The notes under the pieces are model-generated. The model was not told the origin of the DNA. It worked only from the letters and a program-made list of their open reading frames with translations, and did no database searches. A stretch of DNA of 63,828 bases, the filler included, from Octopus bimaculoides (Eukaryota): NCBI RefSeq assembly GCF_001194135.2. It is 6 parts of 6 records of this genome, joined end to end, with 100 filler letters (N's around TTAATTAATTAA, not from the genome) between each part and the next. Parts side by side here need not be neighbours in the genome. Positions count along the whole stretch, not along the records: positions 1 to 4,827 come from NC_068996.1; positions 4,928 to 19,367 come from NC_068985.1; 4 more parts are not named here. One strand, given 5' to 3'. The translations under genes were made by a program, and so were the position numbers. Of the stretch, positions 1 to 14,012 are shown one piece after another (positions within the stretch are counted from its first letter, which is position 1; every line of letters begins with the position of its first letter).

Positions 1-181
1 AACATTACATAAAATCAAACATTTATACACACACAATATACATACATACATACATGAATGCATGCATACATGTATACATATATGCATAATTACATACATA
101 CATGCATACGTGCATACATACATTCATACATACACACATAAACACACACGTATACATACATACATACATACATACATACAT
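1..181. repeat. (TACA)n/(CA)n compound microsatellite
   Basis: Direct tandem TACA/CATA units with CA interruptions. Confidence 0.95.
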
Positions 182-555
182 TCATCATCCTTGTATCCAA
201 AGAGGTTGTTTTTCTTCATCGAATAATTCACACGCTATCTATTATAGCTTATATGCTTGTAGATGCACCGTTCGTATATAAATATAATATTTACTTTTCC
301 GTCAAGATAAGATTACCAAAATATTACTACAATGAATCTGAGATGACTATCATTTAATGTACTAAAATATGAGCTACTAATATCTTATCGACATAGAGAC
401 ACGTCGTTAGGCAGGTTTTATAGCGTGCTATGTCTTTCTTGAAGCTCACTTAAAGACAGAATGCCGTTATAAAACACCCCTGCCTAACCACGTGTCTTAA
501 TAGCAAGAAACTATTAGTAGCTCTTATTTTAATACAATGTGCATTAAATAATATG

Positions 556-596
<41 letters not shown>

Positions 597-780
597 CAAT
601 AAAATGGAAGGGATCAATAGGTTAGTATTCATCAACTTATAGACATTATATTATGTCAATTTATTTATTTACTAAAAGGACAATTATAACAACATACATA
701 CATGTATGACATATTATGCTTTACATATATAATATAAAATACCGTTAATTATTAAATTATAACATATAGCAATAGAAATT

Positions 781-1015
781 GGGATAATATCTTACAGCTG
801 TTTCAGCCAAGAGGCAAAAATACCTCATTCTACCTTTGATGAATACTACCTATTGACCCCTCTCCATTTTCTTATTGCTCTATAAATTAACAGTAACATA
901 ACTTTACTCTCACCCATTTATTACACTTGGTAATGTAATTACCATGCAATGAAAAAACACTTGTGTATTAATAATTGAGTATTCTACCAGCGGTATATCA
1001 GATAGATATTATCCC
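781..1015 (-). mobile_element. PLE-like remnant with degenerate hammerhead motif
   Basis: 12-bp inverted repeat GGGATAATATCT (781-792)/AGATATTATCCC (1004-1015). The minus strand reads CTGATAT (1001-995) ... GAAA-C-AGCT-G-TA (804-793). Confidence 0.35.
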
Positions 1016-1059
1016 TTAGCTGGTTGGATTCACAACCTCTAACTCTCTTGGATTTAATA

Positions 1060-1123
<64 letters not shown>

Positions 1124-1936
1124 CTTTTTCATGAGTACTACAGGCTTGCTCGAATTCATATATCGTGACATACATACATACATACATAGATACACACACA
1201 CACACACAAACACACGCACACAAACACATATATATATATATGTATGTATTCGTGTTTGTGTGTATATGTATACATATATATACATATTCACAAAGGCCAA
1301 TATGAAATATTGTATTTTTTTGTTTGTTCCCTGTCTTAACCTCTATTTCTATCAAATGATCTCTCTACACTTCCCCATTCTCTACACATCCCCATTCTCT
1401 ACACATCCCCATTCTTAGAAACACACTCTTTAACTTACCGTGTTTCCTTTCCTTCTTTTATTCATGAATATTCTTATGGATGTCAGACGGAACATTCCTG
1501 TCAGTTTTGATTAAACTCTTGCTGATTTCTTGAGACCATTTCTTTAGTTTCAGGGAATGTTGTCTTCAGTTCATAATTTCTTTATTCTTCAAGCTTGTGT
1601 GTGCGTGTGTGTGTGCGTGTGTGTGTGCGTGTGTGTGTGCGTGTGTGTGTGCGTGTGTGTGTGCGTGTACGTATAAATACATCCATCCATACATACATAC
1701 ATACATATACATACATACACACACACACACACATATATATTTATTATGTATATTATATAATATATATATATATACATATAAATATTTAGTAATTTTTTTT
1801 AATGACCTTGTTGCCACTTCTTTTTAATACGTTTGTGTATGAGTGTTTGTATAGACACATGCATTTCTCTATGCATGTATGTATGTATGTATGTATGTAT
1901 GTATGTTTGTGTGTACGGAGGAATTCAAGTAATATT

Positions 1937-2082
1937 GGTTTCAAATTTTGGCACTAGGCCAGATATTTTGGAAGAGAGAATAAATCGATGTCGATTACAT
2001 CGACCCCAGTACTCAACTGGCATTTACATTATCGATTCCGAGAGGATGAAAGGCAAAGTCGACCTCAGTTGAATTTGAACTC
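1937..2082 (-). mobile_element. SINE family B, partial
   Basis: Contains GATGAAAGGCAAAGTCGACCTC..GAATTTGAACTC, shared with the many family B copies in the window. Confidence 0.85.
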
Positions 2083-2122
<40 letters not shown>

Positions 2123-2150
2123 AACAATAATAATAATAAGAACAATAATG

Positions 2151-2189
<39 letters not shown>

Positions 2190-2289
2190 NNNNNNNNNNN
2201 NNNNNNNNNNNNNNNNNNNNNNNNNNNNNNNNNNNNNNNNNNNNNNNNNNNNNNNNNNNNNNNNNNNNNNNNNNNNNNNNNNNNNNNNN

Positions 2290-2391
2290 GAATGGTGAAG
2301 TTCCAGAGGAGTGCGATGTGATCATTTTCAAGTACTGGACATGGTTTGTGTTCCCACCAGTTTTTATCTTGGGGCAAGTCCAGGTTTTTGC
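2290..2391 (-). mobile_element. R4/Dong-type non-LTR retrotransposon fragment (region just before the RLE endonuclease)
   Basis: Translates WWEHKPCPVLENDHIALLWNFTI, typical of the segment preceding HNRPD in RLE-type LINEs. Truncated by an N gap and preceded by (TAA)n on its sense strand. Confidence 0.75.
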
Positions 2392-2393
2392 AA

Positions 2394-2447
<54 letters not shown>

Positions 2448-2448
2448 C

Positions 2449-2792
<344 letters not shown>

Positions 2793-3719
2793 CATTATTA
2801 TCTAGTACAATCATATCCATTATTTCTAAATGAAGTCAAACGAACCGCCATATTGTTTGTATTGATAACGTTGTACTCCTTTTTAGTTGCAGTGTCGGAT
2901 TTAAAAGCCAAAATATAGAAACCTTAATATATTCAGCATCACATTTAGCAAAATCACTAAAACGTTATGAGTAATTCATAAGCAGAAACGTCCTATTAAT
3001 TTCACATAACATGACAGAGAAATATTACAACACATGGCACGCGTTGAATAGGAAATAGGTAATTAGTGACCTACTAACCGAGTGTGTGTTTTCATGTCAC
3101 TAAGGGCAATTATTAAAGAAGTTATACCCTGAGGAGAATAAAATGGAAAATGGAAAAAATAAAATAGAAAACAAAAAAAAATGAAAAAAAAGCAGAAAAG
3201 TCCTGTTTGATTGAAGACGGGTACAGTTCTAAATTTAAGTATAAACACCTTAGAATACTAAGTGTCTTATTTCAAATTTTAATTAATGATTATTAATCCT
3301 GTCACATGAAGATACAAACACTGGCAATAAATTACGCTTTCGTTTATATGACTCATAAAATATTCCATCAAGAGTGTAAAAGCGTTGAAAGACAAGCTGT
3401 AATGGCTATCATTTACTCACAACAATAATAATAATAACAACAACAACAACGCTCAGAAATTATGCTTAGCGGTCTTGTGACACACCTGTCTATGCGGTAT
3501 TTATATATTCTGCGCATGAACGTTTAAACTATAATTTGCTCCATGTCAAATGTAAGAACGCATCAATCACTTTCACTTAGTGTCAATCGTAAAATGATAT
3601 TATATTTTATAAGTATCACACTGTGACAAAAATATATTAAAAAATATAAGACAAAGAGTAGCCTGTCTATTTGTGGGATACGAAACAGGTACCTATCTCC
3701 AACAATCACATTTGACTAA

Positions 3720-4400
3720 TTTCCGAGGTATGGCAAGGAGCCAAGTCCTGCTGTCCTACATGGTCGTCCAATAGCAACCCTCTCCAGTCAGAGTTTGATC
3801 ACAGTCTCCAACTGATTCAAATAGCCATCTGAATTGAGCCTAAGACTCTATTCAAAGATGTGAGGCGGATGACATTGCCATCACTGGAGACACATCCAAA
3901 GACCATCACAGTTTGAGGCAACTTGGTTGTCTCGGTACATGGGACATCACATGGATTGTAGGTAAGCTGCTTGTTGTTCTGGGTGATGTGCATCTGGTTG
4001 TGGCAGAGGTTCTCTTCATTGAGAAGAACCAGATCATCTCCGACTCACCAAAATTACTCAGCTTTCTCAAGAGCATCTTTCCCTTCGTCAAGTAGGATCT
4101 TGACTACCAGAATTTGTCCTTTGCTCCACTTGTACGAACGATAGTGAATGTCCTCATTCAGGACCAGCTTTGTGGTTACGATTCCCACATCCATGTCTTT
4201 TGCCAAAGCCCGGATTTCCTTCATCGGATTTTCTATCACTGTGTCCTGCTGTTGTTAAATGAAAACCGGCGTGCAGGCGCAGTCAGAACACCGTCTGTGG
4301 CTCTTCCTGCTGTCCATGTTACACCTTACAGCTTATGGTGTGTTCACAGAGCATTCAGTAGCAGCCATATTGTCTGCATTTTGATACCCAGTGCAAATCA
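3720..4400 (-). pseudogene. Decayed Tc1/mariner-superfamily transposase, maT (DD37D)-like
   Basis: Frameshifted translation gives ...ENPMKEIRALAKDMDVG..LNEDIHYRSYK..KGQIL, IWFFS/DEEN, TKLPQTVMVFGCVSSDGNVI, LRLNSDGY. These match maT-type HTH and DDD-domain motifs, with stops and frameshifts. Confidence 0.8.
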
Positions 4401-4489
4401 TCCCAATACAGGTAACTCTTTTCCAATATTAAGATGAATTCTTGTCCTCCGTGTCAGGTATCTTTTTTTCTCAACTACTACTTTAATAT

Positions 4490-4662
<173 letters not shown>

Positions 4663-4827
4663 TGTTTCTTTATTAGCCACACAGGGCTCAACATAGAGGG
4701 GACAAAATACAAATGTAGAGTTTTTCTTTTCGAGGGGGGCGAAAACAAAGCAGAAAAAAAAACAAAAGTGGGGACAACGATGAAAAAAAATACATCGCAA
4801 AACGTTTGGGGTATTTACACAAAATAC

Positions 4828-4927
4828 NNNNNNNNNNNNNNNNNNNNNNNNNNNNNNNNNNNNNNNNNNNNTTAATTAATTAANNNNNNNNNNNNNNNNN
4901 NNNNNNNNNNNNNNNNNNNNNNNNNNN
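4828..4927. other. Artificial scaffold join (N44-TTAATTAATTAA-N44)
   Basis: Exactly 44 N + six-frame stop linker (4872-4883) + 44 N. The same linker occurs at 19412, 48872, 51498 and 62015. Confidence 0.95.
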
Positions 4928-5288
4928 AGGTACATCCAGATTAAACATATATACACGAGGCAATCCAGTACATGCCCCATGCTTATAAATTCTAACTTTT
5001 CAAAACTACCGCGCAAGCGTAGCTCCTCGTCTGCAGTAAATAAATGCCAGGGTTTAAAATTCGAAAATTATCCAGAAAAAGAATTATCAATAATTAATAA
5101 TGTCGAGGGGTAATAGAAATATTAGAAATTTCTTCCACTAGTGGCCTAGCGTGTAAAAATTTAGTCCATAGACTATATATTTTTCTTCATATAAATACAG
5201 TGTACATTTAAACACATAAAAGGTATCCGCTATTAGGGATAAAATTTCGAAAGGAATGAAAAATAAAGACATTTACCAATCTAGTTCC

Positions 5289-5391
<103 letters not shown>

Positions 5392-6257
5392 AATGCCGAT
5401 TTTCTTTCAGAAATTAGCCAAAAAACATTATTAATGAATCATAGGGTAGCAAAAAATTTCTAAAATTTTTTTTCTACCCTATGATTTGTATATATATACA
5501 TATATATATATTGTTTATTCATGCCTTCAGATTCACTTTGTTTTCTAATTTGGACGTGAAAAACGCTACATAAAAGTGCCCTAATGAAGAACTGTAGCTA
5601 CTTTATTATTTTATTTCTGGCTTGTTACTGACAGCGATACTTTCAAGCTATTCTTCTATTTATATAATTTTTTTCCTGCATCGCAAAAAGGTGTATATAA
5701 TTTGTCTTGTGGACACCAATATACCCTTTTGCTGTATAGGCAGCAAATTATATAGATAAAAGGATAGAGGGAAAGATATTCCTGTCAGAAACAGGTCAGA
5801 AACAGGTCCGTTCGTGTTCAAGATTTAATTATTAATATGATATACAAATTTCATTGCAAGCTTAAAAAATGTAAACTTCAAGGCTCCAACAGCTGCATTG
5901 GTCATAAAGTACATTTTCCCACAGGCTTGCCATAAAGTTACAAGACGGAGCACGTGAATTGAATTACATTTAAAAGTAGCATATATTACAGGAAAAATTA
6001 GATAACAATGCATCTACCTTACACAGAACCAACACAAAAATTGATGTTTAATGATGAAAGCAGTTTCATAGAACAACACTAAAATAAACGAATAGTTGAT
6101 AAAATTTTATTATATACACACACTATATACACATACACTAATCATATATACGCGAAGACATACCTCGATTAGAAATGTATGTGCTAGCAGTTATGAGTTC
6201 AAATTCCGGTGATACCAACGAATAACTCATAAAACAAGCCAACACTTATTAGTGATA

Positions 6258-6511
6258 GTGGAGGCGCAATGGCCCAGTGGTTAGGGCAGCGGACTCGCGG
6301 TCATAGGATCGCAGTTTCGATTCCCAGACCGGACGTTGTGAGTGTATATTGAGCGAAAACACCTAAAGCTCCACGAGGCTCCGGCAGGGGATGGTGGCGA
6401 ACCCTGCTGTACTCTTCCACCACAACTTTCTCTCACTCTTTCTTCCTGTTTCTGTTGTACCTGTAATTCAAAGGGTCAGCCTTGTCATACTGTGTCACGC
6501 TGAATATCCCC
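6258..6511 (+). mobile_element. tRNA-derived SINE (family C tail, alternative head), truncated by gap
   Basis: A box TGGCCCAGTGG and B box GTTTCGATTCC. Its 3' part TTCAAAGGGTCAGCCTTGTCA..TCACGCTGAA matches the SINE at 48280. Confidence 0.85.
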
Positions 6512-7367
6512 NNNNNNNNNNNNNNNNNNNNNNNNNNNNNNNNNNNNNNNNNNNNNNNNNNNNNNNNNNNNNNNNNNNNNNNNNNNNNNNNNNNNNNNNN
6601 NNNNNNNNNNNNNNNNNNNNNNNNNNNNNNNNNNNNNNNNNNNNNNNNNNNNNNNNNNNNNNNNNNNNNNNNNNNNNNNNNNNNNNNNNNNNNNNNNNNN
6701 NNNNNNNNNNNNNNNNNNNNNNNNNNNNNNNNNNNNNNNNNNNNNNNNNNNNNNNNNNNNNNNNNNNNNNNNNNNNNNNNNNNNNNNNNNNNNNNNNNNN
6801 NNNNNNNNNNNNNNNNNNNNNNNNNNNNNNNNNNNNNNNNNNNNNNNNNNNNNNNNNNNNNNNNNNNNNNNNNNNNNNNNNNNNNNNNNNNNNNNNNNNN
6901 NNNNNNNNNNNNNNNNNNNNNNNNNNNNNNNNNNNNNNNNNNNNNNNNNNNNNNNNNNNNNNNNNNNNNNNNNNNNNNNNNNNNNNNNNNNNNNNNNNNN
7001 NNNNNNNNNNNNNNNNNNNNNNNNNNNNNNNNNNNNNNNNNNNNNNNNNNNNNNNNNNNNNNNNNNNNNNNNNNNNNNNNNNNNNNNNNNNNNNNNNNNN
7101 NNNNNNNNNNNNNNNNNNNNNNNNNNNNNNNNNNNNNNNNNNNNNNNNNNNNNNNNNNNNNNNNNNNNNNNNNNNNNNNNNNNNNNNNNNNNNNNNNNNN
7201 NNNNNNNNNNNNNNNNNNNNNNNNNNNNNNNNNNNNNNNNNNNNNNNNNNNNNNNNNNNNNNNNNNNNNNNNNNNNNNNNNNNNNNNNNNNNNNNNNNNN
7301 NNNNNNNNNNNNNNNNNNNNNNNNNNNNNNNNNNNNNNNNNNNNNNNNNNNNNNNNNNNNNNNNNNN

Positions 7368-7427
<60 letters not shown>

Positions 7428-7676
7428 ACATGTGAGTATGTATTTTTGACATTTTAAGAATTTATACAATTTCGAGAGAACATGAAATAATTATTTGTGG
7501 AACAGTGAATTTCGAAGCACATAAAGCTATAAATTACGAATTGTAAGTATTGAGTAAATAGCCATTTGTGTGCGTCGACATTCACTGCTTCCGAAAAGAA
7601 TTATATGTGTGAGAAAGAGAGAGAGGTGGAGAGAGGGAGAGTGTGTATGTGTGCATGCAGTTGTGTGTACGTGTAT

Positions 7677-7707
<31 letters not shown>

Positions 7708-8094
7708 CGTATTCCTTTTAGGGAGAATGTTGTCCAGCAAGTGGAGTGCCCATTATTCGAAATCAAAAAATGAGGGAGCGCATTGTGACTAGCGCAGTAT
7801 AACAACATACTATAGTCTGGTCGATACAATGACGTATGTATGTTCGTGTGTGTATATATATATATATATATGCGGTAAAGTTTATTTGCCAATATAAAGT
7901 GGCTGTTCTATCCAGAACTATGTTACTACCTTCTAAACCTTAGGTAAACATCTTTCCTAGCTGGTTAACGACACACAACCTGTGTCTGATATATTGTGAG
8001 TAAGGGAGCGAACTACTTCCCTTTAGCTTTAGCAGGACCGGTAGACCATGGTTTCTAGGTCTTTTCCCGTCATCGGTACTGTGTGTGACCGAGC

Positions 8095-8238
8095 TCTCCA
8101 CGTACACGCGCGTCGCCTGAACGTAGTTCTAAGGGGCATTCATCGTGACACAGAATGTGACAAAGCTGGCCCTTTGAAATACAGGTACAACTCATTTTTG
8201 CCAGGTGAGTGATCTGGAGCAGCGTGAAATAAGGTTCC
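8095..8238 (-). mobile_element. SINE family C, 3' part
   Basis: Reverse complement matches GGCAAAAATGAGT..TTTCAAAGGGCCAGC..AGAACTACGTT of the 48280 copy. Confidence 0.75.
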
Positions 8239-8410
8239 TTCTTCTAGACGAGCTTCTCTCAGTTTCTGTCGACCATATCTACTTACAAGGCTTTGGTCGG
8301 CCCAAGGCTATAGTAGAAGACACTTGCCGAAGGTACCACTCAGTAGGACTGACACCCGAAACCATGTGGCTGGGAAGTAAACTTCTTACCACACAGCCAA
8401 GCCTGTGCCT
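8239..8410 (-). mobile_element. SINE family A, 5' half
   Basis: Reverse complement of GGCTGTGTGGTAAGAAG..CCCAGCCACATGG..GGCAAGTGTCTTCTACTATAGCC..GACCAAAGCCTTGT. Confidence 0.85.
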
Positions 8411-9420
8411 AACTGCTAGAAATAGCAGACAAGCTTTCTTCAAATTACATTTTACACGCATGAAAGTGGAAGAACATATACGATAATGTACTTTTAAGTA
8501 ATTTGTATTTGATAAGAAGAGGGGAAAAAAAAATGATATGGTTGGTTGCATTTGAAACGTCTTTGATCGTAGGGCTGTTTGATCAGGCTTNNNNNNNNNN
8601 NNNNNNNNNNNNNNNNNNNNNNNNNNNNNNNNNNNNNNNNNNNNNNNNNNNNNNNNNNNNNNNNNNNNNNNNNNNNNNNNNNNNNNNNNNNNNNNNNNNN
8701 NNNNNNNNNNNNNNNNNNNNNNNNNNNNNNNNNNNNNNNNNNNNNNNNNNNNNNNNNNNNNNNNNNNNNNNNNNNNNNNNNNNNNNNNNNNNNNNNNNNN
8801 NNNNNNNNNNNNNNNNNNNNNNNNNNNNNNNNNNNNNNNNNNNNNNNNNNNNNNNNNNNNNNNNNNNNNNNNNNNNNNNNNNNNNNNNNNNNNNNNNNNN
8901 NNNNNNNNNNNNNNNNNNNNNNNNNNNNNNNNNNNNNNNNNNNNNNNNNNNNNNNNNNNNNNNNNNNNNNNNNNNNCGTCGTCATCGTCGTCTAATCAAC
9001 ATCATCATCATCATCGTCGTCGTCGTTATCATCATCATCATCATCTTCCCATATTTCCGTGTATTCTTCCGTTGAAGGATCTTTTCTGTCCCTTTGTGTT
9101 GATAGATGAAATCTTGTAATTTCTCACCTGGTTCTATAATTCCATTACCTGTCTCTTCGATACTTTTAATAGATTCTACTATGTTGCAGCCATTTTGTGT
9201 GGGAAGTTCTTCCATCCATCAGTCACGAAGATTTGTGGTAAAATATCATGTCTTCTTCTTTTCTCCTTCCGACCAAGTCATTTATAATAATGTCTCCATC
9301 ACCATTTTGTTTTTTAAATGCTTGTTTCATTCACTAGACTGTGGCCATGCTGGGACACATTTCTTGATGGACTTACTTGAACAAATCGATCCCATATTAA
9401 TTGTTGTTGTTGTTTTTTAC

Positions 9421-9582
9421 AGGTGAGGTTGTGTGGTAAGAAGCTCGTTTCCTAACCATATGGTTCCAGGTTCAGTTCCACTGCGTAGCACCTTGAGCAA
9501 GTGTTTTCTACTCAAGACTCAGACAGACCAAAGCCTTTTGAGGGAATTTGGTTGACTGAAACTGAAAGAAGCCCGTCGTATG

Positions 9583-9628
<46 letters not shown>

Positions 9629-9840
9629 CTTGTTCTTCCTACCTGCCATCACTCGACAAACGATGCTGGTGTGTTTGTATCCGTAACTTAGCGGTTCGCC
9701 AAAAGGAACCGATAGAATACGTACTAGGCTTACAAAGAATAAGTCCTGGGGTCGATTTCCTCGACTGAAATCCTTTAAGACGGTGCTCCACCATGGCCGC
9801 AGTCAAATGACTGAAAGAAGTAAAAAAATAAAAGAATAGA
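9421..9840 (+). mobile_element. SINE family A, full length with internal (TA)n(TG)n
   Basis: tRNA-like head, GAAAGAAGCCCGTCGTA, internal microsatellite, and 3' part ending GACTGAAAGAAGTAAAA. Confidence 0.9.
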
Positions 9841-10243
9841 AGAATTTAGCCCTTTTTCTAGCGGTCTCTTTTGCCGAAGTGTTAAGTTATAGGGACGTCA
9901 GCAAACTGGCACCAGCTTTCAAGCGGTGGTAGGTTTGTTTACGTCCCCTGAACTTACTGCTTCGATAAAAGAGTGTGATCGAATAAGGATCAGATTTTAA
10001 AAAAGAAACAAAACACGAAGAACTGAAGATCGACTGAAAAAGAAGCAAAAAAAAAAAAAAAAGAAAAAGAATCTTCACGTGGGTGCTCCAGCATGACTGA
10101 AACAAGTAATAGATAAAATGTGATAATGGTATAAAAAATAAAGGTTCTGCAACGAAAATTGGTAAAATCTAACGAAGTTAGGTAAATCCAATTAGAATTT
10201 ATTTGAGCGCTGCTACCACCACAGCAATCACCATCGCCACTAA

Positions 10244-10244
<1 letters not shown>

Positions 10245-10311
<67 letters not shown>
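10245..10311. repeat. (ACT)n microsatellite
   Basis: Direct tandem units. Confidence 0.95.
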
Positions 10312-10844
10312 GCATCGAGTTTTCGTTAATCGTTCACCAGTTATAAATCTCTCCACCGAGTATATACAACTGTCAGTGCAGTCAACCGTGAAATACATCG
10401 AACAATTCGGCTGATACCTTTACCTTATTTTTAGTGAGTTTGTATTCAAAACATGCTGACAAATTAATATATAGAAAATAGCAAGACAAGACCTTTAATT
10501 AGAAAAATGAATATTTATTGGGAGACCTATCCAATCTGTTGTCAAGATTTGTATATACAAGCGTACCTCAACTTATGTCATTAATTGGTTCCAAGATAAG
10601 CGACTTAACTCGAAAAACGACGTAACACGAAAGAAACATTTATTGGCTTATATTCTTAGCTATGTGATAAAATGCTTGCATGTCCTCTCCTGTCCTCCTT
10701 CCGACTAAGTCATTTATGATAATGTTTCCATCACCATTTTTTTTTAAATGCTTGTTTCATTCACTAGACTGTGGCCATGCTGGGACACATTTCTTGATGG
10801 GTTCAGGTGAACAAATCGACCCCATGTTGTTGTTGTTTTTTTAT

Positions 10845-10987
10845 ATGTGATAAGAAGCTTGCATCCTAACCATATGGTTCTGGGTTCAGTCCCACTGCGT
10901 GGCACCTTGGGTAGGTGTCTTCTAATATAGCTTCGGGCCTTGCGAGTGGATTTGGTAGATTGGAAGCTGAAAGAAGCCTGTCGTATA
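10845..10987 (+). mobile_element. SINE family A, 5' half (within local duplication)
   Basis: Family A head up to GAAAGAAGCCTGTCGTATA, then an N gap. Confidence 0.85.
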
Positions 10988-11726
10988 NNNNNNNNNNNNN
11001 NNNNNNNNNNNNNNNNNNNNNNNNNNNNNNNNNNNNNNNNNNNNNNNNNNNNNNNNNNNNNNNNNNNNNNNNNNNNNNNNNNNNNNNNNNNNNNNNNNNN
11101 NNNNNNNNNNNNNNNNNNNNNNNNNNNNNNNNNNNNNNNNNNNNNNNNNNNNNNNNNNNNNNNNNNNNNNNNNNNNNNNNNNNNNNNNNNNNNNNNNNNN
11201 NNNNNNNNNNNNNNNNNNNNNNNNNNNNNNNNNNNNNNNNNNNNNNNNNNNNNNNNNNNNNNNNNNNNNNNNNNNNNNNNNNNNNNNNNNNNNNNNNNNN
11301 NNNNNNNNNNNNNNNNNNNNNNNNNNNNNNNNNNNNNNNNNNNNNNNNNNNNNNNNNNNNNNNNNNNNNNNNNNNNNNNNNNNNNNNNNNNNNNNNNNNN
11401 NNNNNNNNNNNNNNNNNNNNNNNNNNNNNNNNNNNNNNNNNNNNNNNNNNNNNNNNNNNNNNNNNNNNNNNNNNNNNNNNNNNNNNNNNNNNNNNNNNNN
11501 NNNNNNNNNNNNNNNNNNNNNNNNNNNNNNNNNNNNNNNNNNNNNNNNNNNNNNNNNNNNNNNNNNNNNNNNNNNNNNNNNNNNNNNNNNNNNNNNNNNN
11601 NNNNNNNNNNNNNNNNNNNNNNNNNNNNNNNNNNNNNNNNNNNNNNNNNNNNNNNNNNNNNNNNNNNNNNNNNNNNNNNNNNNNNNNNNNNNNNNNNNNN
11701 NNNNNNNNNNNNNNNNNNNNNNNNNN

Positions 11727-11843
11727 ACTAATTCTTAAACCTGACACTTATTCTATCGGTCCATTTTGTCGAACCTCTAATGGGGGATGCAAATAAACCA
11801 ATGCCGATTGCCAACCAGCGTGCGGAACACGCAAACACAAAGC

Positions 11844-11899
<56 letters not shown>

Positions 11900-12025
11900 C
11901 ACACATACACACGTATGACGGGCTTCTTTCAGTTTCCTATAGGCCCGGGACTTTCATTGAAAACACTTGCCCAAGGTACTACGCAGTGGGATTGAATCCA
12001 AAGCTAAATAGTTACCACACAGCAA
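11727..12025 (-). mobile_element. SINE family A, degenerate
   Basis: GACGGGCTTCTTTCAGTTTCC, ACACTTGCCCAAGG and TTACCACACAGC motifs around an internal microsatellite. Confidence 0.8.
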
Positions 12026-12792
12026 TTTATTTATTGATTTAGATCTAGTCTTGCAAATTTTTTTCCCTACCTTTAGTTTAAACTTGGCTGATAACTGGGT
12101 TGATATCGGCTTTTGACCTTCATTTGCAACATATCACCCCAACTAACGAAAGTCAAAGCTGTATTGTTTCTAAGTATTTACGCCTGTTTATTTTAGCAGG
12201 ATAAGTAAAGGGAAAAGATTGTAAGTTATACCATAGTGTCAAATGAAATAGTTCTTTCAAATATGTCTGAGATAATTTACTTGTCTAAGTTTGGGTTGGA
12301 GAGTATCTCTTACCCATATGGTTCGTTATGGTACAGGTCTCATTTCTACTAGTAACAATGTCAGTAATTTGCTGTAATAGATGCAGGCGCGGCTGTGTGG
12401 CTTATCTGTTTTGTTTAGAAATACGGACTTTTAGGTTCGGTTTCACTAAAGGGCATAATAGCCACGAATAGCTTGTGAGTGAAACTTGATTGATGGGGGC
12501 TATGCGGAAGCCTGCTGAACGACAGTTTCTGGTCTTTAAATTGGTAGACGTAATTCTTCGTATGGTGGAATACAGTCACCTGGTTCCTTGAGACATTTAG
12601 GAGATTCGGTTATGTTGTATTTATTGTAAGAAAGGTTTCCAGTCAATCAGTCACGAAGTGATCCGGAAAAGAACATGGGCGCCGTCCTGCTATCTATGAC
12701 TAAGTCATTACAGCAAAAAATACTGACTTACAGTTTGAATTTTTGGCACAAGGACCGACGTATTGACGATTCTGTCAGCTCACCACTTTCTA

Positions 12793-13010
12793 TTTTAATT
12801 TTGGCACATTGCCAGCAATTTTTAAGGCGAGTGGGCAAGTCGATTACATCGACCTCGACACTACTGGCATTTTATTTTATCGATCCCTGAAAAAGAAAAA
12901 CATAAGAAGAAATCGACTACGGTGGCATTTGAACTCAGAATGTAAAGAGCCTCAAGAAATGCTGCTGAAGATTTTTGACTGAAATTCTAATGACACTGTC
13001 GCTTCGCCGC
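12793..13010 (-). mobile_element. SINE family B, degenerate
   Basis: GTCGATTACATCGACC and ATTTGAACTCAGAATGTAAAG motifs. Confidence 0.75.
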
Positions 13011-13589
13011 ATCGATTGCTGACTTAATTAAGACAATATCTTCTGTTAGTTCAAACGTTCAGCGACTCCTCTATCGAGAGAGTCAAGCAATTATAAACTT
13101 CATAACTCACTATGAATTAAATGTCTGAAAGCCACCATAGGTTATTTGCTAGAAAAACAGTGGGGGAGGGGGAAAAATCTCACGAAGACTAGTAGATACA
13201 ATAGAGAGTGTTTTTCCTACAACTACCATCACCACCACCCTTACCACTATCCCAAGTTTCTTTCAGTTGTTCAGCAGTTATAATAAATCCCATCCCAGCA
13301 ATACCATTGTCAGTGCAGCCAGCTGTGAAATACTTTATAATATCAGACAGCTCAGCTGACACCTTATTTTTATTAAGTTTATTAAATCATTCGAAAGAAG
13401 TTGTTTTGTGAACAATTGATGACACCAGTGTGAGGCTGAGAAAATTGTTATTACTTCTTTGTTGTTATAAATAACAACTTATCAGTACAATGTATCACAT
13501 GATAAAGCAATGTTTGTGTTAGTTCTCACATTTGCTGTTCTCTCCCCCTCCCTTCTATCACATATTCTTTCTCTTCCAGCCTCTATTCA

Positions 13590-13601
13590 CCTCACTCTCT
13601 C

Positions 13602-13637
<36 letters not shown>

Positions 13638-13774
13638 TCTCTACATCTACTCTCTGTCTCTCTTTGTCTGTTTGTTTTTGCCTTTCTCTTTCATTCGTCG
13701 TTCTTTCTGTACCTCATCCCCCCACCGCAACCATACACTGTCTCTCTTTGTCTCTGTCGTTCTCTCTCAATTTG

Positions 13775-13813
<39 letters not shown>

Positions 13814-13886
13814 CACTCGTCGTTCTTTCTGTACCTCATCTCCCACCACTATCTCTCCCTCTCACACATACACAAGTCTATCTATC

Positions 13887-13917
<31 letters not shown>

Positions 13918-13927
13918 CTGTCCGTCA

Positions 13928-13971
<44 letters not shown>

Positions 13972-13976
13972 GTCCG

Positions 13977-14012
<36 letters not shown>

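Noticed and set aside
6258-6335. Functional tRNA genes at 6258, 48280, 49713 and 60980
   Set aside because: A and B boxes are present but acceptor and anticodon stems pair poorly, and the sequences continue into SINE bodies or simple-repeat tails.
13030-13500. Enhancer-like non-repetitive islands (also 5540-6060, 25780-25990, 28900-29320)
   Set aside because: Only short E-box or homeodomain-like words are present, which are expected by chance in AT-rich DNA. They cannot be supported without conservation or chromatin data.
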